Source of the DNA: Antedon mediterranea
Taxonomy: Eukaryota > Animalia > Echinodermata
Direction: 5' to 3'
Assembly (NCBI RefSeq): GCF_964355755.1
Contig: NC_092678.1
Coordinates: forward strand, 19,361,365 to 19,425,364
Length of the DNA stretch: 64,000 bases
The translations under genes and the position numbers were made by a program. The notes under the pieces are model-generated. The model worked only from the letters and a program-made list of their open reading frames with translations, made no database searches and was not told where the DNA came from. Shown here piece after piece: positions 23,089 through 38,000 of the stretch; the stretch's first letter is position 1; each line of letters starts with the position of its first letter.

Positions 23089-26000
23089 TCAACAGTCACT
23101 GTAAAAGTCATTGAAATTTAAACGAAGCAGGAATTCTTCCAAATGAGGTTGATATCCTCTGGTCACAAGCTTTGAAACAACTGGAAAAAACACAATGAAA
23201 AAAATAAATTATATAAAAAAAAGTGAAAAAAAAAAACAAACTGTTTAGAAACATCATAAAATTCAATTGTTTCAAGAATGAAGCAATTTCTGCGTTGAGG
23301 TAATTTCTTAATTGATCGTAATCAAAACGGTATTGGGTTTGGTCTACTAGCGTTCCTGCTCCTAACCAGTTCATCCATTCATAGAAGCCTTAATGAAGTA
23401 AGCCTACCTGGTGGTGGCCATAGAACGGTTCCGAGATAACGACTATACTTCGACTTTAGTCGATAGAAGATTGAAAAAATTGTTAGAGATAGAGTAAACG
23501 ATGTTTGATTATGTGTAGATGTGAGATTTTTTCATTAGGCATGGAATAACTATAAATGAGCTGGAATTAACAACTAGAGACACTGTATGTATGATGGATG
23601 TACGATCATTTAAAGAAATTTAGCATGCAGAGGTCCATCGCACTTACCTTTGTACAAGAAGCCAGAATACTCTTTGAAAGCTGAATAAGATGACCGGATG
23701 GTCTGGAAGGCTGGATGGACAACTTGATGTATGTCAGGATCATAGAACCAGCGTGAAGACACCAGTTGAGTCCTCACCTTGAGAATGAGGCAGAAGATGT
23801 CTGTGATGATCTTCATCACCGGTGCTGCTTTCTTGTTCAACAAACACCTTTATAGAAATTGATACCAACTCTTTAATTAGAAAATCAAAGTTTGATAGAA
23901 TGTAAGGTAGATATACTCTGAACTCTTTTTTTCAAACTAGTTTAGAGAACTTTAGAATATGATAATTAAGATATTTACCGAAATAAAGCTTTGTTAAGGT
24001 ACTCGGCATGTCGATTGTGGAGGTCATCTAAATTCTGAACCTGTATGTGATGTAAAGAAGAAACAAACCATGTTTAAAAACTAAATACAGTATTTATAAA
24101 ATATAGAGGTAAACTCTTATGAAATAAATTGGGAGTGATTGATTGATTTTTACGGTTCATTGACCATGACCTCTTACAAAGAATTCTACCAATCACAAGG
24201 AGCTTTAATAAAACAGAAGGAAATGATGAACAGTAAGAATCCCTATTAAAAGGACACCTTCAGGCCCTCTGTGGATGTGTTGTGGATATGGATGTTCCTG
24301 AATATGGGTTGGCTGTAGGTTAAAAACATGTATTGCTTCTCTTTCAATTCACATAAAATTGTCCCCTTAATAAGGTGTTTTAAAGGACACCTACTTTAGT
24401 TGATTTCCAGCTAGCTAGGCCTACATCAGCTGCTCCCAAAATGTCGACATCATGCATCATTAGTAGGAGTGTCCGAGAGGAAAGGCCCTACTGTAGTTGA
24501 ATTTCAGCTAGCTAGGCCTACACTTACTCCCAAAATGTCGACATCATGTGTTATTAGTAGGCAAACATGTTACAACAACTCATATCTAAACACCTATCTA
24601 ATAACTTACATTTGTTTTTAGATTTCTTTTGAATTCTTCCCAGCTGACGTTAACCACTTGATTTGCAATGTACCCTTGGATTACATTAACAAAGTGCTGC
24701 ATTTCATGCCTGCAAAAAATATACATAATTTAGATGAGGCTGTCTATAGATGCACCCTGATTAGCATAGGGATAGGCAATCTCTGCTCAAGCAAACCAGG
24801 TAATGTCAAGTCCGATGAAGACTAGGTGGGTATATTTGTGTGCTTCAGCCCAACATGCAGAAGTATTCCTTTCTGCTGTTAAGTGGTACTGCAGCAGTAA
24901 CATATAGGCTAATTCTGTATGGATAATTTACTTCATCATATTTTAGAAGGAAGACTCTACACGTATACTCTTATTACAAGGCCCATTATCATGCACTTTC
25001 TTTGATTGTTCTTCCCATAGGCTTAATATATAACATATAAAACTATAATAATGCATATATATATATTATCCTCTGGTCCCACCCCATAGAACACTATATC
25101 CGGGAAAACCCTGGTTCAGGGAAAAAAATGATTGGTAAGAAATTCTTGTAAAACTCATCTGAACTGGCTAGAGAGAGGCCTACACTCAGACCAAAAGTCA
25201 ATACTGGGACTATACCCGGGGCTATGCCTGTTTGTGAAATCAGACATAAAGTAGGGGTGGGATTAGACAAGAAGTGGGATTATACCCGAGGATATACAGT
25301 ATATAATAAAATACCTGAATAACTGGAGCTGCCTGAATTGGGTTGAGTTTCCAGCATGATTCAGTAACGCTAAAATAAAACAATTTGAAAACTTGTAAAA
25401 TGACACTTAATGATACTCTTAGTTAGTAAACAAATAGTTCCGATACTAACCACTTCTCTTCAGTTGGAAGTATATATCTCTCAATACCCACGAAGCACGT
25501 TTTAACTGCAGCATGAACGAGAACACGTGATTGTACTTGTCTAAACAATTCCGTGTTATCACAATATTTCGTGGCCAGTCGATCTAGAAAAAAGAACAAA
25601 GTTTTCTCGTTAACAAAGAAAATAAAAATTTTAAAGATGTATTGTACTCCAAAACATGAACAAGATGTATAAAATTGGATTATGAAAAGGTTATTTTGTA
25701 GTAGTTTATAGACAACATATTCTAAATTAGAGTAAATAAAAACGTTAATATACCTTAAATTTGAGCTCCAAGCAGTCCAAACTATTAATAGCTTAAAAAG
25801 ACAAATATTTATTTGTTTATTCCAATAAAATAATATGGTAAACACTCATCCTATCTCTTTCAACTGCCCTTAAATGTTATATTGCCATCATCTCTTGGTA
25901 AAAAATCTATAAAACTGCAAATGTAAAGGTAATTCTACTTTTCTTCGTTATTTAAAATATTATCATTATTTTCTACACATAATAGTAGGGATTGAAAATA

Positions 26001-29000
26001 AACAGTAAAAACATATAAACAGTTTTATAAGCACAAATTAAACCAATTGAATATAGAGAAAACTTGACAAGGAGATGAAGAATGCTGGTTATAACTAGAC
26101 AGAGGTTTGAAGGAATCACACAGAAATATGTGAGATGAAGTGATGGTTTATGCATTGTTAGATGTAACAAGGCATATAGTATGTATAGTAAATAAAGCGT
26201 GGTTGCCACTAGCGACGCAACACAAGGACGTAACGCAACGCAAGTGAATTGACCAATCACAAGCGATGGCTTATTCGCTTCTGATTGCTAACTGTCTATA
26301 ACTTCGCTTGTCATTGGTTAAAACGCTTGCGTTACGTTCTAGTGGGAACCAAGCTGAAGTCTAAAGTACCATATGATAGTATTTATTGCCATTTAACCAA
26401 CATGGCAAAAATGAATTTTGAAATAACAGGCAAAATAGACTTATGAATACAATATATAATCATCATAACCAATGATTCTAAAGTGATCTTAAAAACTTGC
26501 TATTAAACACATGAATAGAATTATAAACAAATGATTGTCGGCAACGTTTTGAAAAATGTATTTAGAGGCTGATCTGGTGAAATTTATTTACAGTAAATAT
26601 AAATCAGTATATAAAATTAACAACTACAGTTTTTACACCCTATACCTACCATTGGGTTTGAATATATGAGGCAATGATTTCACTGAGAAGCTGAGGTCAT
26701 CTGCATGGTTGGACTCTCTGTTTAGTGAATGCTGGATAGCTTTTGAAAGGATTTGGTTAAGTAGGATCGGTGTGAAGAATTCTGACGGTCTCAGACCTTG
26801 CGCCAACTATGAAAGAAACAACTTGCTTTTATAGATGCCACATGATGCAACAATGCAATAAACAGAAAGAAAGATTGATACTCTATCGATTGATACCTGG
26901 TTTAACCGGTTTAAACCAAATCAGGATAAAGAATTGTGGGAGAATTATTCTGAAATGTGGAGGATGCAGAAAATAAGACGACAGGAAAAGACTGATAGAA
27001 GATAAATCAACACTTAGGAAAAGTATCAACAAAAGTAGGTCAAAATCCCTCATATTGGTGCATAATACAAGCTGTTCCGTGGGCTTAAATCAATGCTATC
27101 TCTTTGCTAAGGGGCTACAAATCTGGAGGTCGTGGGTTAGAGTTCAACCCTTTTTCAAAGTGTTCTGAATGTACTGACCATTCAGATTACATAGGAGTGC
27201 AAAACTAGTGGCGCATCCAGTATTTTGAAAGAGGATGCAGGGTGGTTTTTGGCATAAATGGTGGGGATCGGCTGAGCTTAATGTCGTAATGTCTTACCTT
27301 TTCCATTACAATCTGCTAAAATTAGGGGGGGGGGGGGGTTGGAGGGGATCCGCCCCTGAAAACATCTGAAATACCTTTAACGGTAATTACCTTTTCAAAG
27401 AGTTGATCACAAAGTGATTGACTGAATTCTCCATCTTGTAAAAACAGGAAACTTCGAAGACTTTCAAAGTATTTGTCGATGTTTAAGTCGACAATATAAT
27501 AGTCTAAAATACATTTATTAACCAAAACAATCCTGTAAAATATAGATGGAATAGCAATTATTTATTAATTATTATTATTATTATATCTCAACATGTAGAA
27601 CATGAATAGTTTTCAGCAAAAAGCTGACACAAGTAGTGGCGCAGACAGCACCAAGACAAGTGTTGATAAACAATTTGCATGTCACTTGAACAAGGCTGCC
27701 GCCGATGCTAGTACCCGAAACGTTGAAAAACAGTAGGTATTTTTGTTATGGTGAAAAAAAACAAAAAATACTTTTTCGAGAAAACAGTCCAACATAACAT
27801 TGAGGTTGCAACCAAAAACTTTCTATCTAAAGCTCTGTCTGCACTATCAAACTAATTTGACAAAAAAAGTATGATGTTCCTAAATATGATGATACAGCAT
27901 CGTGTCCATATATAAGCACATCACATTTTTTTTCACAAAGTTTGATAGTGTAGACAGGGCTTTAGTATCCATAGCATACTGTTCACAATATTTAATTGAA
28001 TATGATTAATACTAAAATTAATCAATGTAATTGTAATAATGATGAAAAAACTGGGCAATAGCTTACTGAGCAGTTAGGGGAGTAATGATGGACTGTTTTA
28101 AAATCACTGGTAACGACATCAGATTGGCTGCTTCATTTGATTCCAGGGTACCATGACGATTACCATAGTTACCAAACTCCATTGGCAATATCCCAGCATT
28201 CTTTAGTAAGTCAACTGATGGTAAAGAACCTGCAACATAGGAACATTTATTTTTATAATCCATCATTCCAAATTGTTGCTAAAAAATGTACATAACATGC
28301 AATCAGTAAAACTACTGATATACGCACTTCAAACACTAACACAAACAATGTGGATTTTGTTCATTATAAGGGCGAAGGGCGTGTTGCGCAGTGTTGGATG
28401 TTTGGCTAATGATCGCGAGTTCAAATCTAAAGCTTGTGACATTGCTTGTATCCTTTAGACAAGATACTTTACTTACGTTTGTCTCTCTCCACCCGGGTGT
28501 ACAAATGAGTACCTGGTATAGGTATAATAATGTGAAGCGCTTTGAGCATTATGCATTAAGCGCTATATAAGATCGACATATTATTTTATACTTACATGTT
28601 CGGCTGAAATCATCTTCAAAAGGCATATACGTTTTTGCGTCAGGAATTACAAAACCAGCTACTTCTTCCTCTGCATCTTTAGAAGTGTTACCATCTGCAT
28701 TTCCTCTAACTTGTTTATCACCATACATCACCTTCCCTGCCTTAGAATCAGAGGGATGGCCAACCACATTCAAGCCTCTTCCTCGATAAACATGTCCAGC
28801 CGTTTTCAATTCTTTCTTCTCAGCGTCACCACTCCCATAAAGTACTTTCTGGATACTAGAATCTGACGAGTGTCCGTGGATTCCTCTTTCAGGAAGCGGC
28901 ATGGTGACAGAGACTTTGCCATCTTGTTCATTAGGTTTGACTGGTTCTTGACTGTATAATAAAGTTTGAATGGAAGAGTCTGATGAATGGCCATGGATGT

Positions 29001-32000
29001 GTTCCGAGATTCCTTTGACATCAGGGGTCTTGACCTCTTTCACTTGCTTAGATTCTTCCGCTTCTTCATCTTTATAAGCACTTTCTAGTATTCCCATAAT
29101 AATTTCAGAGGTGGATGAAGGATGACCCCATTTTGATCTCTGTTTATGTTTTATTGGTTTATCAGCATCTCCATGAATTAGACCTCCCATGGTGGAGTCA
29201 CTAGAGTGCCCATGATGATGACTTCTGTGTTCACACAATTTTATTTCTTCGCCTGGTTCAGGATTGACTGTCAATGTCACATCGCTCGCATGACCATAAG
29301 ATCCTTTTTGAGGAAGATCACTGATTCCTCTCATTGAGTACAAAATGTCCTCAATAGTTGACTGAATACCTTGTCCAGTGGTGTTAGAGGTTGGTGTCAA
29401 AGCATCAGAACTTGCCCCAACTTCTTTTCCGATAGTAAAGTGTGATTCTGAGGGATGTCTTACTGGATCAGATGTTTCTGTATCAAGCAAATCAAAAGTT
29501 TTGCCAGACGGTAATTCTGAACCAATTTCTATCAAAACATCTTCGAGATCATCATTTTGAGGGTGAAAAACTGTTTCTAAAGGTTTTGGCAAGAAGTCAT
29601 GAATGGATGTATCAAGTAAATTCATCTGGCCTGGTTCCTTGTCAAAAAGTTCATCAGACACAACAGAACTTTTTGGCTTGTACTCTTTTTGTTCAACACT
29701 CACACCAGATGCTACTGGTGTACTATCGATTGTCTCATCAGTTTCATTAGTTTGTAGTACTAATGCACTTTCTGCTGCTGACTTCTCATCACCAGTATTG
29801 GCTTCATCAACCTCTGAAGGTAAAATCTCCACTACAGTTTGGACATCAGACTCATTTGTCGATACATCTTCTGCAGAACTTTGTGGCAACAAACTGTCAC
29901 TAGTGGAACTTCCCAAAGTCGTCTGTTCTTGAGGGTTTGACATTTTCTGATGTAACTTTATTAATTCTTCCTTCAGGTTTTCTGCATCTTTCTGAAGGAA
30001 TGATGATCTTTGCTCTTTTAACTTGTGTCTTTGTATCTTCCATAGAGCATGCTGTTCTCTGTGGATAGCTTCTTCCGTCAACTTTGCATAGTATTGAATT
30101 AATTCTTCTCTGTAAAAAAATAAATAAAAAAAGCAACATTAAGAAGAGATTACAAAAGGACTAATATCTATTATAAAAATATTGCAGACATTTTTCTGAC
30201 CTTGCCTTCTTTTCTAATTCATCCTCTACGTCTGCTATTCCCTTTTCAATTCGATCTTGCTTTTCAACAGCCAGCCGGTCGGTCTCTTTTTCTTCCTCAA
30301 CTTCTATGGCACGTCTCTAAAGACAACAAGACATTCTAATTCAAAGGACGTACAGCTCTACCCAACAAATTATCCTATAACACTGGCTAATACATTAGGA
30401 AAGAGCTTAAGACGGAGTATATTTTCTTTAGGTGTTTTTAGAAGAACACTTTTTGTTTCCACTATATGGCTATGAGGTACTGTATTTACACTATACAAAT
30501 AAGCTAGTTTACAAACAAGTTTAAGTATCTCTAATTAGTCAGACGTTTAAATTGCCCTACTCTGTCAAAACATTTACTTGATACCTAGTATATTATATTA
30601 TATATATATATATATTATACTAGAAGTATGGCGCCTCTAGACTACCAGGCTTGCAATGATGCCTAGAATGGGATTAAGGGCCAAAGAAGCAGCGGGTACT
30701 GCAACAACATGATAATTTTATTCTACTATGCGGAGAAATAGCTTTATTACATACCACCAAATCTTTTTGCATTTGTTGCTTCAACCCTTTCAATTCTTTT
30801 CTCTTCTTTTCATCTGTTGCCTCTTTTACTTGCTTCATCTTATCTGAAATGTCAATGTTAAAACATGTACAGTTTGTACATGGTATTTTTCTTGGTGACT
30901 TTTATGCTCGCTTAGGGATTGTGTCAAAATGATTCTAATGCATTAACTACATTTCTTTAAACAGTAAACAAATGATAGATACTGCAGTTACTGCAGTAGA
31001 ATAATGTTGACATGGTCTTTTACCTTTAAGTCTATTTAATTCATCAACAACCGTCTTTCTAGCTTGTATCAAAAGATCTTCTCTGGCCTTTTCTAACCTT
31101 GCTTCCTATCAAGAAACATAGTATTTGAATTACATTGAACTAATTATCTAATACAAAGTAGACCAAATAATACTGTTTCAAATGACCTGATGTGGTCAAG
31201 GTAGATAATCAGGAAACCATACCTTTTCTTCTTTTGAAACAGTGTTTTGTCGAACTATATTGTACATTCGTTCAACATACACTTGTGTTTCTCGATCAAT
31301 ATGTTGCAGATCTTCTAAGGAATAAGTCAAAGAAAGGAGTGGAACTGGTACATGGTTGTTGCACAAGAAATGCTAAAAAATAAGAAATGAATATTATATT
31401 AAAAAAACTAATTTGTAAATAGATCGTAGAGAAAGACGTGATAAGATGGAATAGGGAATGAGTGAAAGTCTGCAACCCCTTGTTAGGAAAAGATGTGAAG
31501 AGAGGATGTACTGTAGAAGCATGGCATCGGAATACATAAAATATTTACATCGTTACTATCAAGGAGCTTAAACTTACCCCTGGATTGCAGAGCTTCAGCA
31601 GATTTAGAGTCTTCCCACAGACATACATGCCATTGGCCAATTCCTGAAGGAACATCGGAACACTGGTGGAGCTATTGTCTGTGTTCATTACAAACCCATG
31701 TGTCCAATAGTATTTGTCTAATTCAATTTCAACAGATTAACAAAAGTGGGGTTAATATCAATGTTATAAAGGTTGTAATAATGTAAAATGAAATTTTAAT
31801 CCTGGAGCTACCCTTTAAACTTAATTGAAATATAAATATTACAGTATAGTAATATTTATTTAAGTTTAAAGGGTGACTCCGGGTTTAAAACTGCTTTGTA
31901 TTTTTACCTCTGTATTGCAGGAAATCATCATTAGCTGTGATCATAAATTCTCCATAGCCGTCATGACAGATACCATTGAAGATCCAGTCCTGAACAAACC

Positions 32001-35000
32001 TAAAGAAAAATTAAAAGAAAAACAAAAATAAAAATCTTCTTTTAAAAAATTTTCAACTATTTTGACAAAAAAATGTGATGTGCCCGAATATGGTAGTGAT
32101 ATGCCCAAATATTGTAGTGAAATGACATCATCATGTCCATGGGAACATCACATTTTTTTGTCACATAAAGTTTGATAGTGTAGACAGACCTTAAGAGACA
32201 TTATTTGTGCAAATTGAAAGCATCAATAGGCCTATATGCGCATTCAAATATTTATTTTCGACCAAGAAATAAAAACTCACAAGAGATACGGTCCGCAGCT
32301 TGTTCGTAAGAGACTCAACATGACCTTGTAATTCTGGGATTTACAGCAATCCAGCGCTTCCTGGTAAATATAGGACAACAACTGGATTCCTGTGGGAAGC
32401 GGGTCACCGGGATCTCCAGGTCGGCCAAACTTCCTTTTATGACACATACAGAACATCCATAAATATCTAAAATAAAAACAATAATAATAATAATGCATGT
32501 TTATGAGTTGAATGGTGACAATATTTCATTAAGCTATGTCTACACTATCAAACTTTATATGACAAACAAATGTGATGTGACCATATATGGACATGACGAT
32601 GTCATATCACTATCACTAACATATTTGAGCATATCACTACCATATTTGGGCACATGTAGACCCTTTTTTTGTCAAACTAGTCTGATAGTGTAGACAGAGC
32701 TTTAGGCTCCGCCTGGTTACATCTGGTAAACATGTTAAGTCAAGTCAAGTCAAGTCAAGTCAAGTATCATTTATTATCATTTGTTTTAGGAAAAACATAG
32801 AAATTCTGTTTGCTCTCTTGGCGGAGCACAATATCCAACGGACACAACACGAACTCAAAAAACAAGAACATTACAAAAAAAAGTCTACATCATATTTAAG
32901 GCTCTAATAGATCCTATTTGTAAATCGTGCCTTATTGGCCTTAATAGAACGAAATCGCCGACCGCTGCGCATCAACTGGAACATACTAGAGGCCGGATGA
33001 AAATGATCATCTTTGATAGCCACTGCCTTTTTCAGAAGACGATCCGAAAATATGTTCTCCAAAGGCAGTTGTGTAGATCCAATTATACGCGATGCGGTCT
33101 TGACTATTCTATTTAGGTCACGCTTTTCATTTTCGGTAGCGCTACCGAACCATACCGTTAAAGAATACGTTATTAAGACAACTGTAGCAAAAAACTCACT
33201 TTAATTGTGCGATGAATTGCCGAAATGCGTGATATATCATACTGACAGTGGAAGAACTGTCCCAAGGTACAGTTAAAACTCTTGAACGAAAGAAGTGAAG
33301 AAAGGCTTGAATACCACTACAAAATGCTTGCAACGTCAGGCCACCAGTGTACATTGAGTCTGGCGTACGCTGCTTTGCAAACTGGCTTAGCTGCCAGTAG
33401 TGTGTCCCAGCCTCGGCAAGTGGTTGTAAGCTCTGGCTTAGCATTTCTGGTGAGGTACCTTTGTAATGAATGTTTGGGTTGACATGAAATGATTCAGTTT
33501 CCTGTTGAAGACAAATAGATTATTTTCTAAGGATAAATATTTACTAATTTACATGAGCAAAAGAGCATAGGTACATTTGTGATTTTATTCTCAGTTTTTT
33601 GTAGGAAAAAAGGAAAAATTTAGGGTAAAAAAATGATGATGTTTTTTTAATTTCATACGCATCCAAAAGCGAGCAAAAACTCACCAATTACAGTATGGAT
33701 AAACTGTTTTATAATTAATCGTGGTTATAAACTAAGTATGCTTTGAGGCTTAGGGAGTAAAGTGGAAAGAACCCTGGCACAGGTCAGGATTGAACCACAG
33801 ACCATGGCGTTGGAAAGAGAGCATGCTAACCACCAAGTTACAGCTCCACTACTTGTTGAGACAAATGTAACAAACCAAATTTGTTCTTTATTATAATAAA
33901 TATTTTGAAATTATGATGAAACATTATTTACCCGTTTAAACTTGAATGTGATTGAAGGAATACCAAGCAATACGTTAAGAGCATTTTTGACAAGATCCGT
34001 CTGTTTTACTTCAATTAAATCTTTCATCTGTACGCTAGGCTCTATAAGCGTTAATGCATAATTCCTTAGAAGATACAGCTGGTCAAAAGCTTCTGGGCCA
34101 GCCTCAGATAGGTAATGTCGATTATTAGGTTTTGGAAAGCTGTGGAAATAAAGTTTTTTGCCATAGATTATTGTGGATAAAACAAAGAGGTATTAAACTC
34201 CTAGACAGTCAACTCCTAGTGACAGAGATGATTCAAAAAGGTCACCAAAGGTTACACTTCCTCAGAAAGCTAAATAAGTTTAATGTTAGCTGTTGTAATC
34301 TGAAATTATTCTATAAAATCTCTTTTATTGCCTGGTTCGGTAATTTAAATGAAACACACAGGAAAGGTCTCATTAGAATTACTAAGATAGCATAAAATAT
34401 AATTGATTGTATGGTTTATGAGTTTATAAAAAACAGGTCCTAATTAATTAAGTAAAATTTTAGAAGATAAGATACATCCATTGTGAGATTTTATAATAAA
34501 AATTCAAGCCAGCTACAAGCTCCTAGAGTTGATACGTCAAGAAACCAACTGTCATTTGTGATTCCACACATATTTTTAACTCAACGATTGTTAGATCACA
34601 AATAGCACACAGCCAATTAAAACCATCTATATTTTTATTGTAATGTGTGAAATTTTTTTACCTTCCAATAGTTTCCCATGAATAGTTCTTGTGCAATTTG
34701 TGTGTAAGTGCAGCTTCCCATATGTTAATTGGTTCAACATCCTCCGAGGTAGATGTTGTGACATCACTACTCATAGACTCATTAAACCCTTCATCATCAA
34801 CCTAACAAAATTGAAGAATTGAATATTCAAAGCAAAAATTATATCAAATAATTAGATGTGTGGGGGTGCAGCTTGGTGGTTAACAGTCTCAGAAACCAAT
34901 CCATGTTTCTGGGTTCGAATCCTGTCAGATGATATCAGAAATGGTTTCATTTAAATGTAGGCCTATTATTATTTGGTTTTGGAGATTTGGCCTTCTACAG

Positions 35001-38000
35001 ACCTATGGCAGTGACGCTGCATAGCCTACCATCTGCCATTCTTTTTGAATAGTGTACAAAGTTCTTTTATTGTATTTATTTTTATGAGACTGACCAACAG
35101 CTTTACATCCAATCCTCCATCCAAGGCAAAGACAAAGAATATGGCACATACAAAGGTCTTGAACCCATGCCTCTCACATACTAGTCAATCCCTATCCTTT
35201 ATTTCATAAGCATCCAACAGCGAGGACAAACTCGCCAATTACAGAATGGATAATAAACTATTTTATAATGCATTTATCGTGCTTATAAACCAAGTCTCAT
35301 TTGAGGCTTACAGAGTGGAGTTGAAAGAGTCGTGAGTTACAACCCTGGCACTACGTCAGAATTGGACCCCGGACCTTGGGATTGGAAGGCAAGCACATTA
35401 ACAAAGAAGCTACAGCTACAATACTTTATGCCATATTTTTAACATTGGATTGTCAACTGTATATTCAGACATTGCTATTAGCAATCATTGGTAATGTGTT
35501 TCTTATGTGGTTCTAACCTCTTTATTAACTGGAATTTTTAGGCCCATTTGACTGGTATTCTCTGGTAGCTCAGGTAATGAAAGTTTAACATTTAAGTCTG
35601 CTGTCCTGCTGTGTATGAGTGCATGGTACAATGTTGTTCTTCTCTCAAATTCCTCAGTAGAACTTCCTTTTATCTGTAGGTTATACAGTAAAGTTACAGT
35701 GTACATCATCGTATTATTATATACTTAATAATGGTACTACAGGTAATATAATAATTTTTAAAAGAATATGGTGTAAGTGCATCGTTGACGACACAGTGGA
35801 AGATTTTTATCTTGATAGCAAAGTTATAAATTATTATATATTTAATAATAGTATTAATATAATAAATTTTTTTAAAGAGGGTGGGATGGAGCATCATAGA
35901 CAAGACAGTGAAACATAGCTTCCTGATTATAAATATTAATGTGTGGAAATAACATGATCAGAATTCTTGAAAAAATTAATTGGATTTTCACAAAAAAAAA
36001 TGTTTTACCTTGATATCAAAAAGATTATGACCATGTATGTTTTTTCCAGGTTCCAAGTGGAACACCTAAGATAGAAATAAATGAGAATTATTTACTATTA
36101 TTACAGATTGAAAATATAAATTTTGAGCTCAAGACAACATTACATCTAAAAAACCAATGTAAACTGGTATACTGTAGAAAACCTATAAGAGGACACCGTC
36201 GGGACCCAACAAAGTTTAACAGAAGTGCCCCTTGAACAAGGGTTGGAATGGCCGTAGTGTTAAAACATACACTTCCCCTTGTTTGTTTTATGCGTGTACC
36301 TCTTATAGGGGTGTCTCAAGAATAAGGGGTGTCCCATGAATAAGGGGTGTCTCATGAATAGGGATGTCCCATGAAAAGGGGTGTCCCGTAAATAAGGGTG
36401 TCCCATGAATAAGGGTGTCCTACGAATAGGGGTGTCCTTTTAATAGGGGTGTCCTATGAATAGGGATGTCCCATGAATAGGGATGTCCCATGAATAGAAG
36501 TGTCTGGAGGGGTTCTCCTGTATGTTGTTTTCCCTTATTTTACATACTTGTTTAGTCATATTCATCTGTTGATTCAAGTTACTCCCAACGCTGCTTGTAC
36601 ATTCAAAAAGTTCTCTGAAAAAGTGAAAAAATTTAAACAATCATTGACAAATAGAAGGAAGGCAAAAAAAACACATGTACAGTATGGTGTGTTTTGTTGG
36701 CAGCTAAAAGGCATGATGGGGAGATGAAAGTTGTGTTATATCTAGTCCACTGAGCTTTTAAGCACTGTAGAAAGTGTGTTATAAATATCATTTTTATTTA
36801 CTATATTTTTAAGATTCTTACCGGGAATAGTGTGGATATCCATGATGTTCGATGTCATGTGAATAGGGTGAATCTTGATGAAAAAGAGGACCATTTGGTA
36901 ACAAAACCTTGTTCTACAAATAAAATTTCTTTAAATATGCACTTGTTGTTGGTCTGTTTACAAACTGTTTTGGTACATTTGACAACTAAATTTGCAAACA
37001 TTAGGTTCCAAAATGTATTTCATAATCCAAACAAAAACTAACTTGTCAAAGGATGGAACTGTATCATGTGAGGCTTAGAGTGCGAGGTTGAAACAGTAGT
37101 ATATCACAACCCTGGCACTATGTAAGGATTGATCCTTAGGACACGCAGTTACAGATCATCTACAGCCTGTTATGTCTTAAGTCAGCTAAAGGTTGGACAG
37201 TTGGTAAAGAGGGAAGTAATGTAGAAAAGTACCTACTTTTTTTCCCAGTGTGGAAATTGGCAATTGAAACAACTTATGACCAATAGGTGGCTTAGGCTTT
37301 TTTTCTTCTGTACCAGACAACAATAGCAGCAACTGCATCACTGCTTTGATTTCAGTATTAAAATCTATAAAAAAAAACAATTATTAAAGAATTAAATTTC
37401 ACTACATTCACAAAAATAAAGAAAATAATTTATTAGCTACAGTACATTGTGTATTCTTTCTTTTTAATTTCAGGCATGCAATACGTATTTTCTAAAATAG
37501 AATTTAGGCATGCAATATACGGATTTCTAAAAATAGAATTGAGGCATGCAATACTGATTTCTAAAAATAGAATTGAGGCATGCAATACTGATTTCTAAAA
37601 ATAGAATTCAGGCATACAATACTGATTTCTAAAAATAGAATTGAGGCATGCAATACTGATTTCTAAAAATAGAATTGAGGCATGCAATACTGATTTCTAA
37701 AAATAGAATTCAGGCATGCAATACTGATTTTTTTTTAATAGAATTCAGGCATGCAATACTGATTTTCTAAAATAGAATTCAGGCATGCAATACTGACTTT
37801 CTAAAAATAGAATTGAGGCATGCAATACTGATTTTCAAAAAATAGAATTAAGGAATGCAATTACTGATTGTCTAAAAATAGAATTGAGGTGTGCAATACT
37901 GATTTTCTAAAAATAGATCCATGCAATTTTATTTTAATACAGTATTTTATTTTTTTATTATGATTTTATTACCGGTATATTTTTATTCTCACAACACAAG

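Noticed and set aside
29378-29932. Plus-strand ORFs of 60-109 aa
   Set aside because: Antisense shadows of the large TUBGCP6 exon.
34860-34930. tRNA gene
   Set aside because: A/B boxes are present but there is no convincing cloverleaf. It is better explained as a SINE head, like 22742-22810.
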